Below are positions 38,466 to 51,847 of a DNA stretch of 64,000 nucleotides, piece by piece (the first letter of the stretch is position 1; each line of letters begins with the position of its first letter). The stretch lies in the NCBI RefSeq assembly GCF_044704955.1, contig NC_091984.1:144770001-144834000 (forward strand), read 5' to 3'. A program made the translations under genes and the position numbers. Under the pieces are notes generated by a model, which was not told the DNA's origin, did not search any database, and saw only the letters and a program-made list of their open reading frames with translations. The DNA is from Pristiophorus japonicus. Lineage: Eukaryota.

Positions 38466-39942
38466 AGCCCACCCTGGCCCCTCTCCTCGCACTAATACAA
38501 CAGAGGGGAGATGGGCTATATATAACTGTGAGGGTGGGCGATAAGGATGTGGACTGTCTTTTAGACACAGGGGCGGAATTAACATGCTTACCCCTACAAT
38601 ATGGAGACTTTTTGCCGTTGGATGGTAGGGCACGTACAGCCTATGGAGTTGGAGGCCATAAAATGGAAATTAAAAGGACAACACTGGTACTTATAGGGCT
38701 GGGTCCACATGAACTAACCACGCTGGTCTGGATAGGCCCAGTAGATCAACCCCTTTTGGGAATGGACATTCAAATCCAAATAGTTTCATCGTTGCATTTT
38801 GAGGATGGTCGGGTGACATGGTCAATTAGAACTTTGAAGAAAGAAAAATTGAAGGAACACCCAATATGGGCTAAAGATAAGAACGATCGTGGCCTACTCC
38901 AGATGGAGCCTGCGTCATTTACCGGGAGCAAGCCTCCATGCACTAAACAGTATCCCATCAGTCCAACTGCCATCGCGGGAATCTTACCGGTTATTCAGCA
39001 ATTGGAGAAACAAGGGGTGCTTATTAAAATGCATAGCTCCTCCAATAGCCCCGTGTGGCCGATACAGAAATCTAATGAGACATGGCGTTTGACTGTCGAT
39101 TATAGGAAAACTAACCAGTGTATTGATCAAAAAGCTCCTTTGGTTGCAGATCCCTCCACCATTTTTAATGCCCTCAAACCGGAACATTAATATTTCTCGG
39201 TTATAGATATGGCCAACGGATTTTGGTCGGTGCCTCTGGCACCGGAGGTTCGAAAGTGGTTTGCTTTCACGGTCCAAGGACAACAGTATACTTGGACCCA
39301 GTTACCGCAGAGTTTCCACAACAGCCCTACGGTATTCCACATGGCTTTACAAAGCCATTTGCGAGAATTACCTCCCCTGTCATCCACAGTCATCCAATAT
39401 GTAGACGATATCCTGCTAGCTTCAAACACGGAAGACCAGCATGAACAAGATTTACGAGCTTTGCTAGACCACCTTTGGCTGAAAGGACATAAAGCCAGCA
39501 TCGACAAAGCACAAATATCCCAAGAAGAGGTTGTATACCTGGGACAAAAGATTTCACAAGGAAAGAGAGAACTTAACCGGGATAGAACTGCAGCCAATCG
39601 GGCTGCTAAAAAACCCACCACTATTCAGCAACGAAGGTCTTTTTTGGGATTGTGTAACTTTAACAGAAATTGGAATGACTCCTTCACACAGCTTGTTCAG
39701 CCACTGAATGATATTTTAAGGAGGAAACGTGCCTCTAAAGAAGCCATCACCGTCACTAAGGAACAGCAAGAGGCCTTCCTGAGTTTGAAAAAGGCTTTGT
39801 ATTCGGCACCGGCTCTAGGAATCCCCGACAGTGGTAAGCCATTTGTCTGTTTGTCCATCACAAAGAAGGATATATGACAGCGAAACTGACACAAGCACAT
39901 GGGGATCGGCAAAGACCTATTGGCTATTATTCGGCAAAACTG
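38453..39942 (+). pseudogene. pol: ERV pro-pol (protease, RT, connection domain), truncated by CR1
   Basis: LLDTGA; NSPVWP..K..WRLTVDYR; DMANGFW; QYTWTQLPQSFHNSP; YVDD; RSFLGLCNF; RPIGYYSAKL. In-frame TAA at 39188-39190. Confidence 0.95.
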
Positions 39943-40413
39943 TACTGCATCTACCATGCATTTGCCCACTCACCTAACCTGTCCAAGTCACCCTGCTGCC
40001 TCTTAGAGTCCTCCTCACAGCTCACAATGCCACCCAGTTTAGTGTCATCCGCAAACTTGGACATATTACACCCAATTCCTTCATCTAAATCATTAATGTA
40101 CATTGTAAAGAGCTGGGGTCCCAGCACTGAGCCCTGCGGCACTCCACTAGTCACTGCCTGCCATTCTGAAAAGGACCCGTTTATCCCGACTCTCTGCTTT
40201 CTGTCTGCCAACCAGTTCCCTATCCACATCAGTAGATTACCCCCAATACCGTGTGCTTTGATTTTGCACACCAATCTCTTGTGCGGGACCTTGTCAAAAG
40301 ACTTTTGAAAGTCCAAATACACCACATCCACTGGTTCTCCCTTCTCCACTCTGCTAGTTACATCCTCAAGTGGTTGACATTTAACTGCCCTGTGAAATGG
40401 CCCAGTGAGTCAC

Positions 40414-41045
40414 TGTAAGATGTGTGGATTTACCTCTCACCCATCCAACAGTTTAGAGAGTTCGGACCCATGGAACAGACAGCTTAAGACAAAGGTTTCT
40501 GGAATAAGTTCTCTTTACTTAAAATCAACAAGAGGTTACAAGTAAGCCTCTAATAGTACTGTTACACACAGTAATCCCGGATTATAAATAAGCCTCTAAT
40601 AGTACTGTTACAAACTTTCGCAGCTTTTTTTATACCCCAAAACTGGGCAGTCCCTCAGTGTGTCCGTGTCCCATTCGATGGGAGTAATGGGCAGTCCCTC
40701 AGTATGTGCATGTCCCATTCGATGGGAGTAATGGCCGTAGATGTTCTTCTCCTCTCCTGATCAACCAACTAGACAGTTAATCAGTGGGCCTCAAAACTGG
40801 AGACTTCATGTGTGCTGATGTTCCTGTTTCTGGGTCTGTTCTCGCAAAGCTCTCACGGTCTGAAGGCCACTATTTCCCTTACCTGTGAAACACAGCTTTC
40901 GAAGTAGCTCAACCACAGGACAGATTGCAGCGTTCAGCAGCTTTAATGGACATTTGTGCAGCAGAAAGTCCTGTTGGCCTCGCGAGGCATGCTGGTACAT
41001 AAAATCTGGTCAAGTTACAGCAAACTTGTACAAAATCTTTCCCCA
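40414..41045 (-). mobile_element. Probable solo LTR of a different family
   Basis: TG...CA ends. On the minus strand GGGGTATAAAA (~40638-40628) precedes AGTAAA (~40519-40514). Two short internal duplications; no clean TSD seen. Confidence 0.55.
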
Positions 41046-41159
41046 CTCAGTTGTACAAACCACTATTAAAAAAAGGAACTGCGGTTCTTCTCAAGGGCAA
41101 TTAGGGATGGACAATAAATACTGCCTTACTGGCGACACCCACATCCCAGGAACTAATAA

Positions 41160-42590
41160 AACAAATTAAAGGGACAGTGGCAGCATGGATACGAAATTGG
41201 CTAAGGGACAGGAAACGGAGAGTAGTGGTGAACGGTTGTTTTTCGGACTGGAGGAAGGTATACAGTGGTGTTCCCCAGGGGTCGGTACTGGGACCACTGC
41301 TTTTCTTGGTGAATATCAATGATTTGGATGTGAGTACACAGGGCACAATTTTAAAATTTGCAGATGAAACAAAACTTGGAAGTACAGGTTGTACCTTCCT
41401 TATCGAGAATTCCCTTATCCGGAATCACTCCTCGACCAGAACCATTTCCGGCCACTCCGACGTGAACAAATTGAAGAAATGAAAGTCCTTCCTCACTGCC
41501 GACTCTCACAATCGCTGGCCTGACCCCGTGATCCACCGCCTCTCCTAATGATCTCTCTACCACACTCCCAGCCCCAAGCCAGCCAGCCCCGATAACCCCT
41601 TGCTCAGTACCTGTACCATCCAATTTAACATGACCATCCCTCGTCTGGAAAAATCCCTTATCCAGAACAGGCCAGGTCCCGAGGGTTCCGGATAATGGAG
41701 GTTTAATCTGTACAGTGATCAATGAGGAGGATGCTGATAGGCTTCAAAACATAGACAGGTTGGTGGAATGGGCGTAGACGTGGCAGATGAAATTTAACGC
41801 AAAAAAGTGTAAAGTGATACATTTCAGCAGAAAGAATGATGAGAGGAAATATAAACTAAAGATTACAATCATAAAGGGGGTAGCATGAACATAGAGACCT
41901 GGGGGTATATGTGCACAAATCGGTTTAGGTGGCAGGGCAGGTTGACAAAACGATTTCAAGAAAGCATACGGGATCCTGGGCTTCATAAATAGAGGCATAG
42001 AGTACAAAAGCGTGGAAATTATGATGAACCTGTATAAAACACTGGTTTGGCCTCAACTGGAGTATTGTGTCCAAGGAGGTGAAAGCCTTGGAGAGGGTGC
42101 AGAGGGGATTTACAGGAATGGTTCCAGGGATGAGGGACTTCAGTTACGTGGATAGACTGGAGAAGCTGAAGTTGTTCTCCTTGGAGCAGAGAAGGTTGAG
42201 AGGACATTTGCTGGAGGTGTTCAAAATCATGAGGGGTCTGGACAGAGTAGATAGAGAGAAACTGTTCCCATTGGCTGAATGGTCGAGAACCAGAGGACAC
42301 AGATTTAAGGTTTTTGGCAGAAGAACCAAAGGCGACATGAGGGAAAACTTTTTTACGCAGCGATTTTTACGCAACGTGGTTAGGATCTGGAATGCGCTGC
42401 CTGAAAGGGTGGTGGAGACAGACTCAATCGTGGCTTTCAAAAGGGAATTGGATAAGTACCTGAAAGTAAACAATTTGCAGGGCTACGGGGAAGGGGGAGT
42501 GGGACTTGCTGAAGTGCTCTTGCAGAGAGCTGGCACATGCTTGATGGGCCGAATGGCCTCCTCCTGTGCTGCAACCATTCTATGATTCAG
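41160..42590 (+). mobile_element. CR1 RT to 3' end, interrupted by a MITE
   Basis: [31 protein letters not shown]. Confidence 0.88.
41385..41710. mobile_element. Tc1/mariner (Tigger-like) MITE
   Basis: TA on both flanks (41383-41384, 41711-41712). Imperfect TIRs: CAGGTTGTACCT..TTATCCGGAA versus CAGATTAAACCTCCATTATCCGGAA on the other strand. Confidence 0.8.
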
Positions 42591-43400
42591 TGAGATGCGA
42601 ATGGAACTGAACACTGTGCAGTCATCAGTGAACATCCCCACTTCTGACCTTATGGTGGAGGGAAGGTCATTGGTGAAGCAGCTGAAGATGGTTGGGCCTA
42701 GGACACTGCCCTGAGGAACTCCTGCAGCGATGTCCTGGGGCTAAGATGATTGACCTCCAACAACTACCACCATCTTCCTTTGTGCTCGGTATGACTCCAG
42801 CCAGCGGAGAGTTTTCCCCCTGATTCTCAATGACTTCAGGTTTAATGGGCCCCTTGATGCCACACTCGGTCAAATGCTGGCTTGATGTCAAGGGCAGTCA
42901 CTCTCACCTCACCTCTGGAATTCAGCTCTTTTGTCCATGCTTAGACCAATGCTGTAATGAGGTCTGGGGCCAAGTGGTCGTCGCAGAACCCAAACTGAGC
43001 ATCTGTGAGCAGGTTATTAGTGAGTAAGTGCCGTTTGATAGCACTGTTGATGACAACTTCCTGCACTTTGCTGATGATTGGGAGTAGACTGATGGGGCGG
43101 TAATTGGCCGGATTGGATTTGTCCTGCTTTTTGTGGACAGGACATACCTGGGCAGTTTTACACATTGTCGGATAGATGTCAGTGTTGTAGCTGTACTGGA
43201 ACAGCTTGGCTAGAGGCGCGGATAGTTCTGGAGCACAAGATTTTAGCATGACAGCCAGGATGTTGCCGGGGCCCATAGCCTTTGCTGTATCCAGTGTGCT
43301 CAGCCATTTCTTGATATCACGTGGAGTGAATTGAATTGGCTGAAGACTGGCTTCTGAGATGGTAGGAACATCAGGAGGAGGCCAATATGGATCATCCACT
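42590..43400 (-). mobile_element. Non-LTR RT fragment of a distinct CR1/L2-group family
   Basis: KAMGPGNI..LKSCAPEL..PVHKK.DKSNPANYRPISLL..QFGF. An endonuclease-like piece (LLTESDL) lies at ~46880-47320. Confidence 0.8.
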
Positions 43401-43404
43401 CGGC

Positions 43405-44980
43405 ACTTCTGCCTGAATGCTAGGAGAGACATTAAAAAGCAGCACCTCAAAGGTAGTAATCCCCGGATTACTCCCGGAGGCACCTGCTAGTGAGTACTGA
43501 AACAGGAGGATAGAGAAGGTGAATGCGTGTCTGGAGAGATGGTGCAGGAGGAAGGGCTTTAGATTCCTGACGCATTGGGACCATTTCTGTTGGACCTGTA
43601 CAAACTGGACGGGTTGCACCTCAACAGAGCCGGGACCAATATCCTCGCGGGGGGGGATTTGCTCGTGCAGTTGGGGAGGGTTTAAACTAGCTTGGAAGGG
43701 GGATGGGAACCGGAGAATAGATTCAGTGGGGAGAGAAGTAAAGCTGAAATTGGGCAGCAGAGAAGTAGAAAGTGTATTTGGAAGACAGAGTAAACAAGGG
43801 CTGGAAAATAGACAACAGGCAGTTTGGCAGTGCTAAATGGTATATACTTCAATGCAAGGAGTATAGGGAATAAGGCTGAGATGACCTGAGAGCACAGATA
43901 GACACTTGGGAGTACGATATTATAGCTATTACTGAGACATGGCTAAAAGAAGGGCAGGTATGGCAGCTCAACATTCCTGGTTACAGGGTTTTCAGACGGG
44001 ATAGAGAGGGGAATAAATGGCAGCTCAACATTCCTGGTTGCAGGGTTTTCAGACGGGATAGAGAGGGGGATAAAAAAGGAGGGGGGTCACAGTATTAATT
44101 AAAGAAACAATTGCAGCTGTGAGAAGGGATGATATGTTAGAGGGGTCATCAAACGAGGCCATATGGGTTGAATAGAAGAACAAAAAAAGGGGCGATCACA
44201 CTACTGGGACTGTACTGTAGACCCCCAAACAATCGGAGGGAGATAGAAGAACAAATATTTGGGCAAATTGCTGCGAAGTGCAAAAACTATAGAGCTGTAA
44301 TAGTGGGGAATTTCAACGACCCGAATATTAACTGGGAAAAAAGTAGTGTGAATGGTGCAGAAATTGCTAAAATGCATTCCGGAGAATTTCTTTAGCCAGT
44401 ATGTAACAAGTGTACCAGATGGCGGGCGGTCGAGGGGGTCGTTCAGCCCGAATGCCTGCCTCTTTTCTGCGGGTACATTCGAGCCACGGTGTCCCTGGAG
44501 ATGGAGCACGCGGTGTCCAGCGGTACGCTCGCAGCCTTCCGCGAAACGTGGGCACCGGAGGGACTGGAGTGTGTCATCACCCCCGGCAACCAAGTTTTAA
44601 TTTGATCCTTTAAATGTCAAAAGTTTAATTTGTTTAATGTGTCGGTTTTAGTGCACCTTTAAGAATGGGGCACTTTATTCATCGTTTCATCAAAATAGTT
44701 GTAACAAGTCCAACAAGGGAAGGGGCAGTTCTGGACTTGGTTTTGGGGAGTGAAGAGGGGCAGGTGGAAAGGGTATCAGTGGGAGAGCATTTTGGTGTTA
44801 GTGATCATAATTCAGTTAGATTTAGTGAAGTTATGGAAAAGGACAAAGGTGGACCTGGAATAAAAGTTTTCAATTGGGGAAAAGCCAATTTTGCTGAGCT
44901 AAGATGGGATTTGGCCAAAGTGGACTGGAAACGGCTACTTGATGGTAAATCAGTGTCAGAGCAGTGGGAGGCGTTCACGG
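43405..44980 (+). mobile_element. CR1 ORF1 end plus endonuclease, with a Tx1 3' fragment inserted at 44412-44699
   Basis: Colinear with the 23-24 kb CR1. The Tx1 piece is flanked by direct repeat TGTAACAAGT (44402-44411 and 44700-44709). Confidence 0.85.
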
Positions 44981-47900
44981 AGGATACCTCTACCACCCTT
45001 TCAAGCAGTGAGTTCCAGACCCCCACCATCTTCTGGGTGAAGTAATTTCCCCTCAAATCTCCTCTATACCTCCCCCAAATTACTTTAAATCTATGCCCCC
45101 TGGTTTTTGACCCCTCTACCAAGGAAACCAGGTCCGTCCTATCCACTCTATCCAAGCCCCTCATAATTTTATACACCTCAATCAGGTCTCCCCTCAGCCT
45201 CCTCTGTACCAAAGAAAACAACCCCAGCCTATCCAATCTTTCCTCATAGTTAAAATTCTCCAGTCCAGGCAACATCCTCGTAAATCTGCTCTGTACCCTC
45301 GGTTTAACGTCTCATCCGAAGAAATCGTACTGTTAATTAAACACTGAAGGCAAGAACTTTGAAGTGTTGGGAATACTCAATGTATCAAGACAGGAACATT
45401 GTAAACATTGATTGTGACATCATGCACTCACAACCTCCCCATAGTATGCACAATGTGAGCACCAGACCCGAGGACAGAACCCAAGGAGATGTGCCCAGCA
45501 CCAATCCAGGACAATGATCAATGTAAAGCCAAAGCTGAATGTTATCAGGGCTGCTTTGCCGATGATTGCCCTGTGATCGCGGGCACCAGCAGCACACACA
45601 CCTCTTGTGGGTACAGTCGTGTTGTGGTTATGTTGCTGCAGAGCACTCCACAGGCCTGCACTAATAATCCCCACAATCTCACCATGGCCCTTTGACTATT
45701 TCAATTCAGCTCTTTTTTAAATTCTAGAAACAAAAATCTGGTCTCAGTAAAAGTGACCAGAAAGCTGTCAAATTGTCACAAAAGCCCAATTGGTTCACTG
45801 ACATCCTTTAGGGAAGGAAACCTGCCGTCCTTGCCACATAAAAGGTTACTGCCCAAGATAAGAGCTCACGGGGTTGGGGGTAATATATTAGCATGGATAG
45901 AGGATTGGCGAATGAACAGGAAACAGAGAGTCGGGATAAATGGGTCATTTTCAGGTTGGCAAACTGTAATTAATGGGGTGCCGCAGGGATCAGTGCTGGG
46001 GCCTCAACTATTTACAATCTATATAAATGACTTGGATGAAGGGACCGAGTGTAATGTAACCAAATTTGCTGATGTACAAAGATAGGTGGGAAAGCAAGTT
46101 GTGAGGAGGACGCAACGATTCTGCAAATGGATATAGACAGGCGAAATAAAAGGGCAAAGATTTGTCAGATGGAGTATAATGTGGGAAAATGTGAGGTTAT
46201 CCACTTTGGTAGGAAAAACAAAAAAGCAGATTATTATTTAAATGGGGCGAGATTACAAAATGCTGCGATACAGTTCATTGATATCTTCCTGCAGTCTACA
46301 GCTTTCTTCTTCATTATCAACCACACAGCCGATTTTAGTATCATCTGCAATCTTCTGAATCATACTCACTACATTGAAGTCTAAATCACTGATATATACC
46401 ACAAAAAGCAAGGGACCCGGCACTGAGCCCTGCAGAACCCCACTGGAAACAGCCTTCCAATCAACCCATCAACCATTACCCTCTGCTTCCTGCCTCTGAA
46501 CCAATTTTGGATCCAACTTGTCACTTTGCCCTCGATCCCTGGGCTTTTACTTTCATGACAAGTCTGCCATGTGGGACCTTATCAAAAGCCTTGTTAAAAT
46601 TCATACACACGATATCTTATGCACTGCCTTCATCGATCCTCCTGGTTACCCCCGCAAAAAATTCAATCAAGTTATTCAGACATGACCTTCCCTTAACAAA
46701 TCCATGCTGACTGTCCTTGATTAATCCGTGTTTTGTTCAATGAAGATTCCTCCTATCCCGCCCCCGAGGTTAGGCTGACTGACCTTTAGTGACTTGAACT
46801 ATCCCTTTCTACCTTTTTAAACAAAGGTACCACGTTTGCAGTCCTCCAGTACCTGGGATTGCAATGTCAGCATCGCCCCTCTCGGCCAGCTCGGTCAGTA
46901 GTGGTGCTACCGAGACACTCTTGGTGATGGACAGTGAAGTCCCCCACCCAGAGTACATTCTGTGCCCTTGCTACTCTCAGTGCTTCTTCCAAGTGGTGTT
47001 CAACATGGAGGAGTATTGATTCATCAGCTGAGGGAGGGCGGGAGGTGGTAATCAGCAGGAGGTTTCATTGCTCGTGTTTGACCTGATGCCATGAGACTTC
47101 ATGGGGTCCGGAGTCAATGTTGAGGACTCCCAGGGCCACTCCCTCCCGACTGTATACCACTGAGCTGCCACCTCGGGTGATGGAGGAGTCTGGGACATTG
47201 GCTGAAAGGTCTGATTCTGTGAGTAGGACTGTGTCAGGCTGGTGCTTGACTAGTCTGTGGGGCAGCTCTCCCACTTTTGACACAAGTCCCCAGATGTTGG
47301 TGAGGAGGACGTTGCAAGGTCAGCACTGAGCCTGGGTCCGCTGTCCGAGCCGGTCCGAGCTGCTGTTATTCTGCCTGATTGAACGGTTATTATTAGAGAT
47401 TCAGACCACAGCAGAAATCCCCCATGCAAAAAATAACTGAAGAGACTGTCAGATCGGAAGAATGAAACTTCACCCACAGAGGAAGTGAAAGAGGGAGGTT
47501 GTCACAGCTGTACGTTTGTTAATGGCACGGGAGAAAACTGTGAACCGCGCTCACAGCCTCGAATCTTACAGCACAGAAGGAGGCCATTCGGCCCATCGTG
47601 CCTGTGCCGGCTCTTTGAAAGAATTACCCAATTAGTCCCACCCTCCTTCTCTTTCCCCGTAACCCAGCAAATTGTTCCTTTTCAAGTATATATCCAATTC
47701 CCTCAGCATTAGACTGCCCCTAACCTGGGCACAACATTGGCATCTCATTCATTCACTGGGACAGGAAATGGCTGTTGTGGAAAATGGAGCCCAGGGCTCT
47801 GAACATTCCCCCTCCTCTCCGGAGGAAGGCTTCATGCTGGGGTCCAGTTCCATGGGCCCCGACAGCAAGTTCCGACCTCACCCACTTCCCCATTCCAAGT

Positions 47901-48149
47901 GTGTAAGCCTGGACCCTCTCAGCACGATATCCGACTGCTGGAGGCCTCACTACTGTGTCCAGTACTGTCCTCACCCGAAACCCACACATTGATCTGGGGC
48001 CTTTAACGTGCCAAAGGTCTCAAGACACTTCACATCGCTGCTGTAAAAGCGGGGAGAGTGGGGGTTCAGGGGGCTTTCGGAAGGATGATTGAAGGCCTGG
48101 GTGAAAGAATGGTTTTTGATGAAGGAGAGAGAGCTGGAGAGGGGGAGGG

Positions 48150-50610
48150 ATTAGAACATAAGGAATAAGAGCAGGAGTAGGCCATACGGCCCCTCGAGCC
48201 TGCTCCGCCATTTAATATGATCATGGCTGATCCAATAATGGACTCAATTCCACTTCCCTGCCCGTTCCCCATTACCCCTTATTCCCTTATCGGTTAAAAA
48301 ACTGTCTAATTCTGTCTTAAATTTATTCAATGACCCAGCTTCCACAGCTCTCTGAGGCAGCGAATTCCACAAATTTATAACCCTCTGAGAGAAGAAATTC
48401 CACCTCATCTCAGTTTTAAATGGGCGGCCCCTTATTCTAAGATTATGCCCTCTCGTTCTAGTCTCCCCTATCATTAAAAACATCCTCTCTGTATCCACCT
48501 TGTCAAACCCCCTCATAATCTTATATGTTTTGATAAGATCACCTCTCATTCTTCTAATTTCCAATGAGTAGAGGCCCAACCTACTCAACCTTTCCTCATA
48601 AATCAATCCCCTTATCCCTGGAATCGACCTAGTGAACCTTCTCTGAATTGCCTCCAAAGCAAGTATGTCCTTTCTTAAATATGGAAACCAAAACTTTATG
48701 CAGTGTTCCAGTTGTGGCCTCACCAATACTCTGTATAACTGTAGCAAACACTTCCCTGCTTTTATACTCCATCCCCTTTGCAATAAAGGCCAAGATTCCA
48801 TTGGCCTTCCTGATCACTTGCTATACCTGCACACTAACCTTTTGTGTGTCATGTACCAGGACCCCCAGGTCCCACTGTACTGCAACACTTTGTTATTTTT
48901 CTCCACATAAATAATAACTTGCTCTTCGATTTTTTTCTGCCAAAGTGTATAACCTCACACTTTCCAACATTATACTCAATCTGCCAAATGTTTGCCCACT
49001 CACTTAGCCTGTCTATATCCTTTTGCAGCATTTTTGTTTCCTCCTCATACCTTGTTTTTACTCCTATCTTTGTAGCATCAGCAAACTTGGCTACATTACA
49101 CTCGGTCCCGTCTTCCAAGTTGTTAATATAGATTGTAAATAATTGGGGTCGCAGCACTGATCCCTGTAGCACCCCACTAGTTACTGATTGCCAACCCAAG
49201 AATGAACCATTTATCCCAACTCTGATTTCTGTGAGTTAGCCAATCCTCTATCCAAGCTAATATATTTCCCCCCAACCTCATTAACTTCTATCTTGTGCTT
49301 TTTATGTGGCACCTTATCGAGTGCCTTCTGGAAATCCAAATACACCACATCCACTGGTTCCCCTTTATCCACCCTGCTCGTTAAATCCTCAAAGAATTCC
49401 AGCAAATTTGTCAAACATGACTTCCCCTTCATAAATCCATTCTGACTCTACCTGACTGAATTATGTTTTTCCAAATGGCCTGCTACTGTTTCTTTAATAA
49501 TGAACTGCAACATTTTCCCAACCAGAGATATTAGGCTAACTGATCTATAATTTTCTGCTTTTTGTCTGCATCCTTTTTTTAATAGGGCATTACTTTGCAG
49601 TTTTACAATCTGCTGGGATCTCCCCAGAATCCAGGGAATTTTAGTAAATTACAATCAATGCATCCACTATCCCTGTCACTACTTCTCTTAAGACCCCAGG
49701 ATGTAAGCCATCAGGTCCAGTGGATTTATCCGCCTTTAGTCCCATTATCTTACTGAGTACCACCTCCTTCGTGATTGTGATTGTGTGAAGTTCCTCCCCC
49801 CCACTATAAACCCCTGACTATGCATTATTGGGATATTTTTAGTGTCTTCTACCGTAAAGACTGCTTCAAAATATTTGTTCAGAGTTTCTGTCATCTCCAT
49901 GTTCCCCATCACTAATTCTCCGGTCTCGTCCTCGAAGGGACCAACATTGACTTTAGCCACTCTTTTCTTTTAGTGTACCGGTAGAAACTCTTGCTATCTG
50001 TTTTTATATTTTGTGCTAGTTTACTTTTCATTTTCCCTTTCTTAATCATTCTTTAGTCATTCTTTGCTGGATTTTAAAAGCTTCCCAATCTTCTGCCCTC
50101 CCACATTGTATGCCCTTTTTAAAAAAAAATTGGATACCGTCCTTTATTTCTTTAGTTAGCCATGGATGGCTATCTTTTCTTTTACACCCTTTTCTCCTCA
50201 CTGGAATATATTTTTCTTGAGAGTTATTAAATATCTCCTTAAATATACGCCACTGTTCATTAACCGTCCTACATTTTAATCTATTTTCCCAGTCCACTTT
50301 AGCCAACTCTGCCCTCATACTTTGTAGTCTCCTTTATTCAAGCTTAGTACGCTTTCTCACCCTCCATCTGAATTTGAAATTCAACCATGCTATGATCACT
50401 CATTGCAAGGGAATCGTTGACTGGGAGATTGTTTATTAATCCTGTCTCATTACACAGGACCAGATCTAAGATAGCCTGTCCCCTTGTTGGTTCTGTTACA
50501 TACTACTCAAGGAACCCATCCCTTATGCACTCTATGAACTCTTCTTCAACGCTTCCCTGACCAATTTGATTTATCCCATCAATATGGAGGTTAAAATCAC
50601 CCATTACAAG
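48150..50610 (-). mobile_element. CR1 LINE, 5'-truncated
   Basis: Serial ORF2 motif fragments from endonuclease end to C-terminus. Confidence 0.9.
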
Positions 50611-51280
50611 TCATACCACGACAACTTCCAGCGCGAGCTGCTCCACGTGAGCAACGGCTTCGAGGTGGGCGATTGGGTGATGTCATCAGAACCCAGGTCG
50701 CCATTTGGAGCGTGGGCAGGAGCATCGGCTGGGCCCAGGTAAAGCAGAGAAGCTGGAAGGTCGCGGCGGAGGTGTGGTGAGTGATCGAGGTGGAGGAGCG
50801 ATGAGGGATCGTGGCTGAGATTCGGTGTGTGATCGTGGCAGAGGTCCGGCAAATGTTTAGTGCGGCGGTGCAGCGGGAGATTGTGGCAGAGGTCCGGCAA
50901 ATGTTTAGTGCTGAGGAGCGGCGAGAGATCGTGGCAGAGGTGTGACTAATGAGGGTTCGGAGCCCAAAAGAGCCGAGGGCCCAGGGGCAGCACGGGCCAG
51001 CCCACACTGTGATATGTATGCGCACTAGGTCCGTGCAGCAGAGCAGGTCTCCAGTCGTCCTGGTTTACCCTTGTCACTGGATAAAGGCGTAGCTCTTTCA
51101 AGCCCGTGTGGTGGCTGATGTGCAACAGTCACCACATGTTAAAAAAAATCTACACACAGGCATCTTCCACCCCCTCAATTGGCGTTCAGGTCTAGAATAT
51201 CGGGTTCTTCATTGAGACATCTCTGAACTCATTTGGAAGCAAGTCATCCTCGTTCGAGGGATCACCGAAGATGATGATGA

Positions 51281-51460
51281 GTAGGTCAGTGAGGTCAGGG
51301 GCAGTAGGTCAGTGAGGTCAGGGGCAGTAGGTCAGTGAGGTCAGGGGCAGTAGGTCAGTGAGGTCATGGGCAGTAGGTCAGTGAGGTCAGGGGCAGTAGG
51401 TCAGTGAGGTCAGGGGCAGTAGGTCAGTGAGGTCAGGGGCAGCAGGTCAGTGAGGTCTGG
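51281..51460. repeat. 23-bp tandem repeat, eight units
   Basis: Unit GTAGGTCAGTGAGGTCAGGGGCA. Confidence 0.97.
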
Positions 51461-51679
51461 GGCCAATACGTGAGTGAGGGCGTGGGGAGAGAGGAGGGGA
51501 AGTGAGGGGGAGGGGGGGGAGAGAGGAGGGGGAGTGAGGGGTGGGGGGTGAGAGAGGAGGGGGGGAGGAGATGGGGGAGAGACGAGGGGGAGAGAGGCGG
51601 GGGAGGGAGGGAAGGGAGGGAGTGGAGGGGGGATGGGAAGTGGGGAAGGGGAGGAGGAGGGGGGAGAGAGGAGGGGGGA

Positions 51680-51847
51680 NNNNNNNNNNNNNNNNNNNNN
51701 NNNNNNNNNNNNNNNNNNNNNNNNNNNNNNNNNNNNNNNNNNNNNNNNNNNNNNNNNNNNNNNNNNNNNNNNNNNNNNNNNNNNNNNNNNNNNNNNNNNN
51801 NNNNNNNNNNNNNNNNNNNNNNNNNNNNNNNNNNNNNNNNNNNNNNN
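51680..51847. other. Assembly gap inside a G/A-rich tract
   Basis: Run of N flanked by G-rich low-complexity sequence. Confidence 1.

Noticed and set aside
40414-41045. 3' LTR of the 36-40 kb provirus
   Set aside because: Opposite orientation and no visible similarity to 36245-36618.
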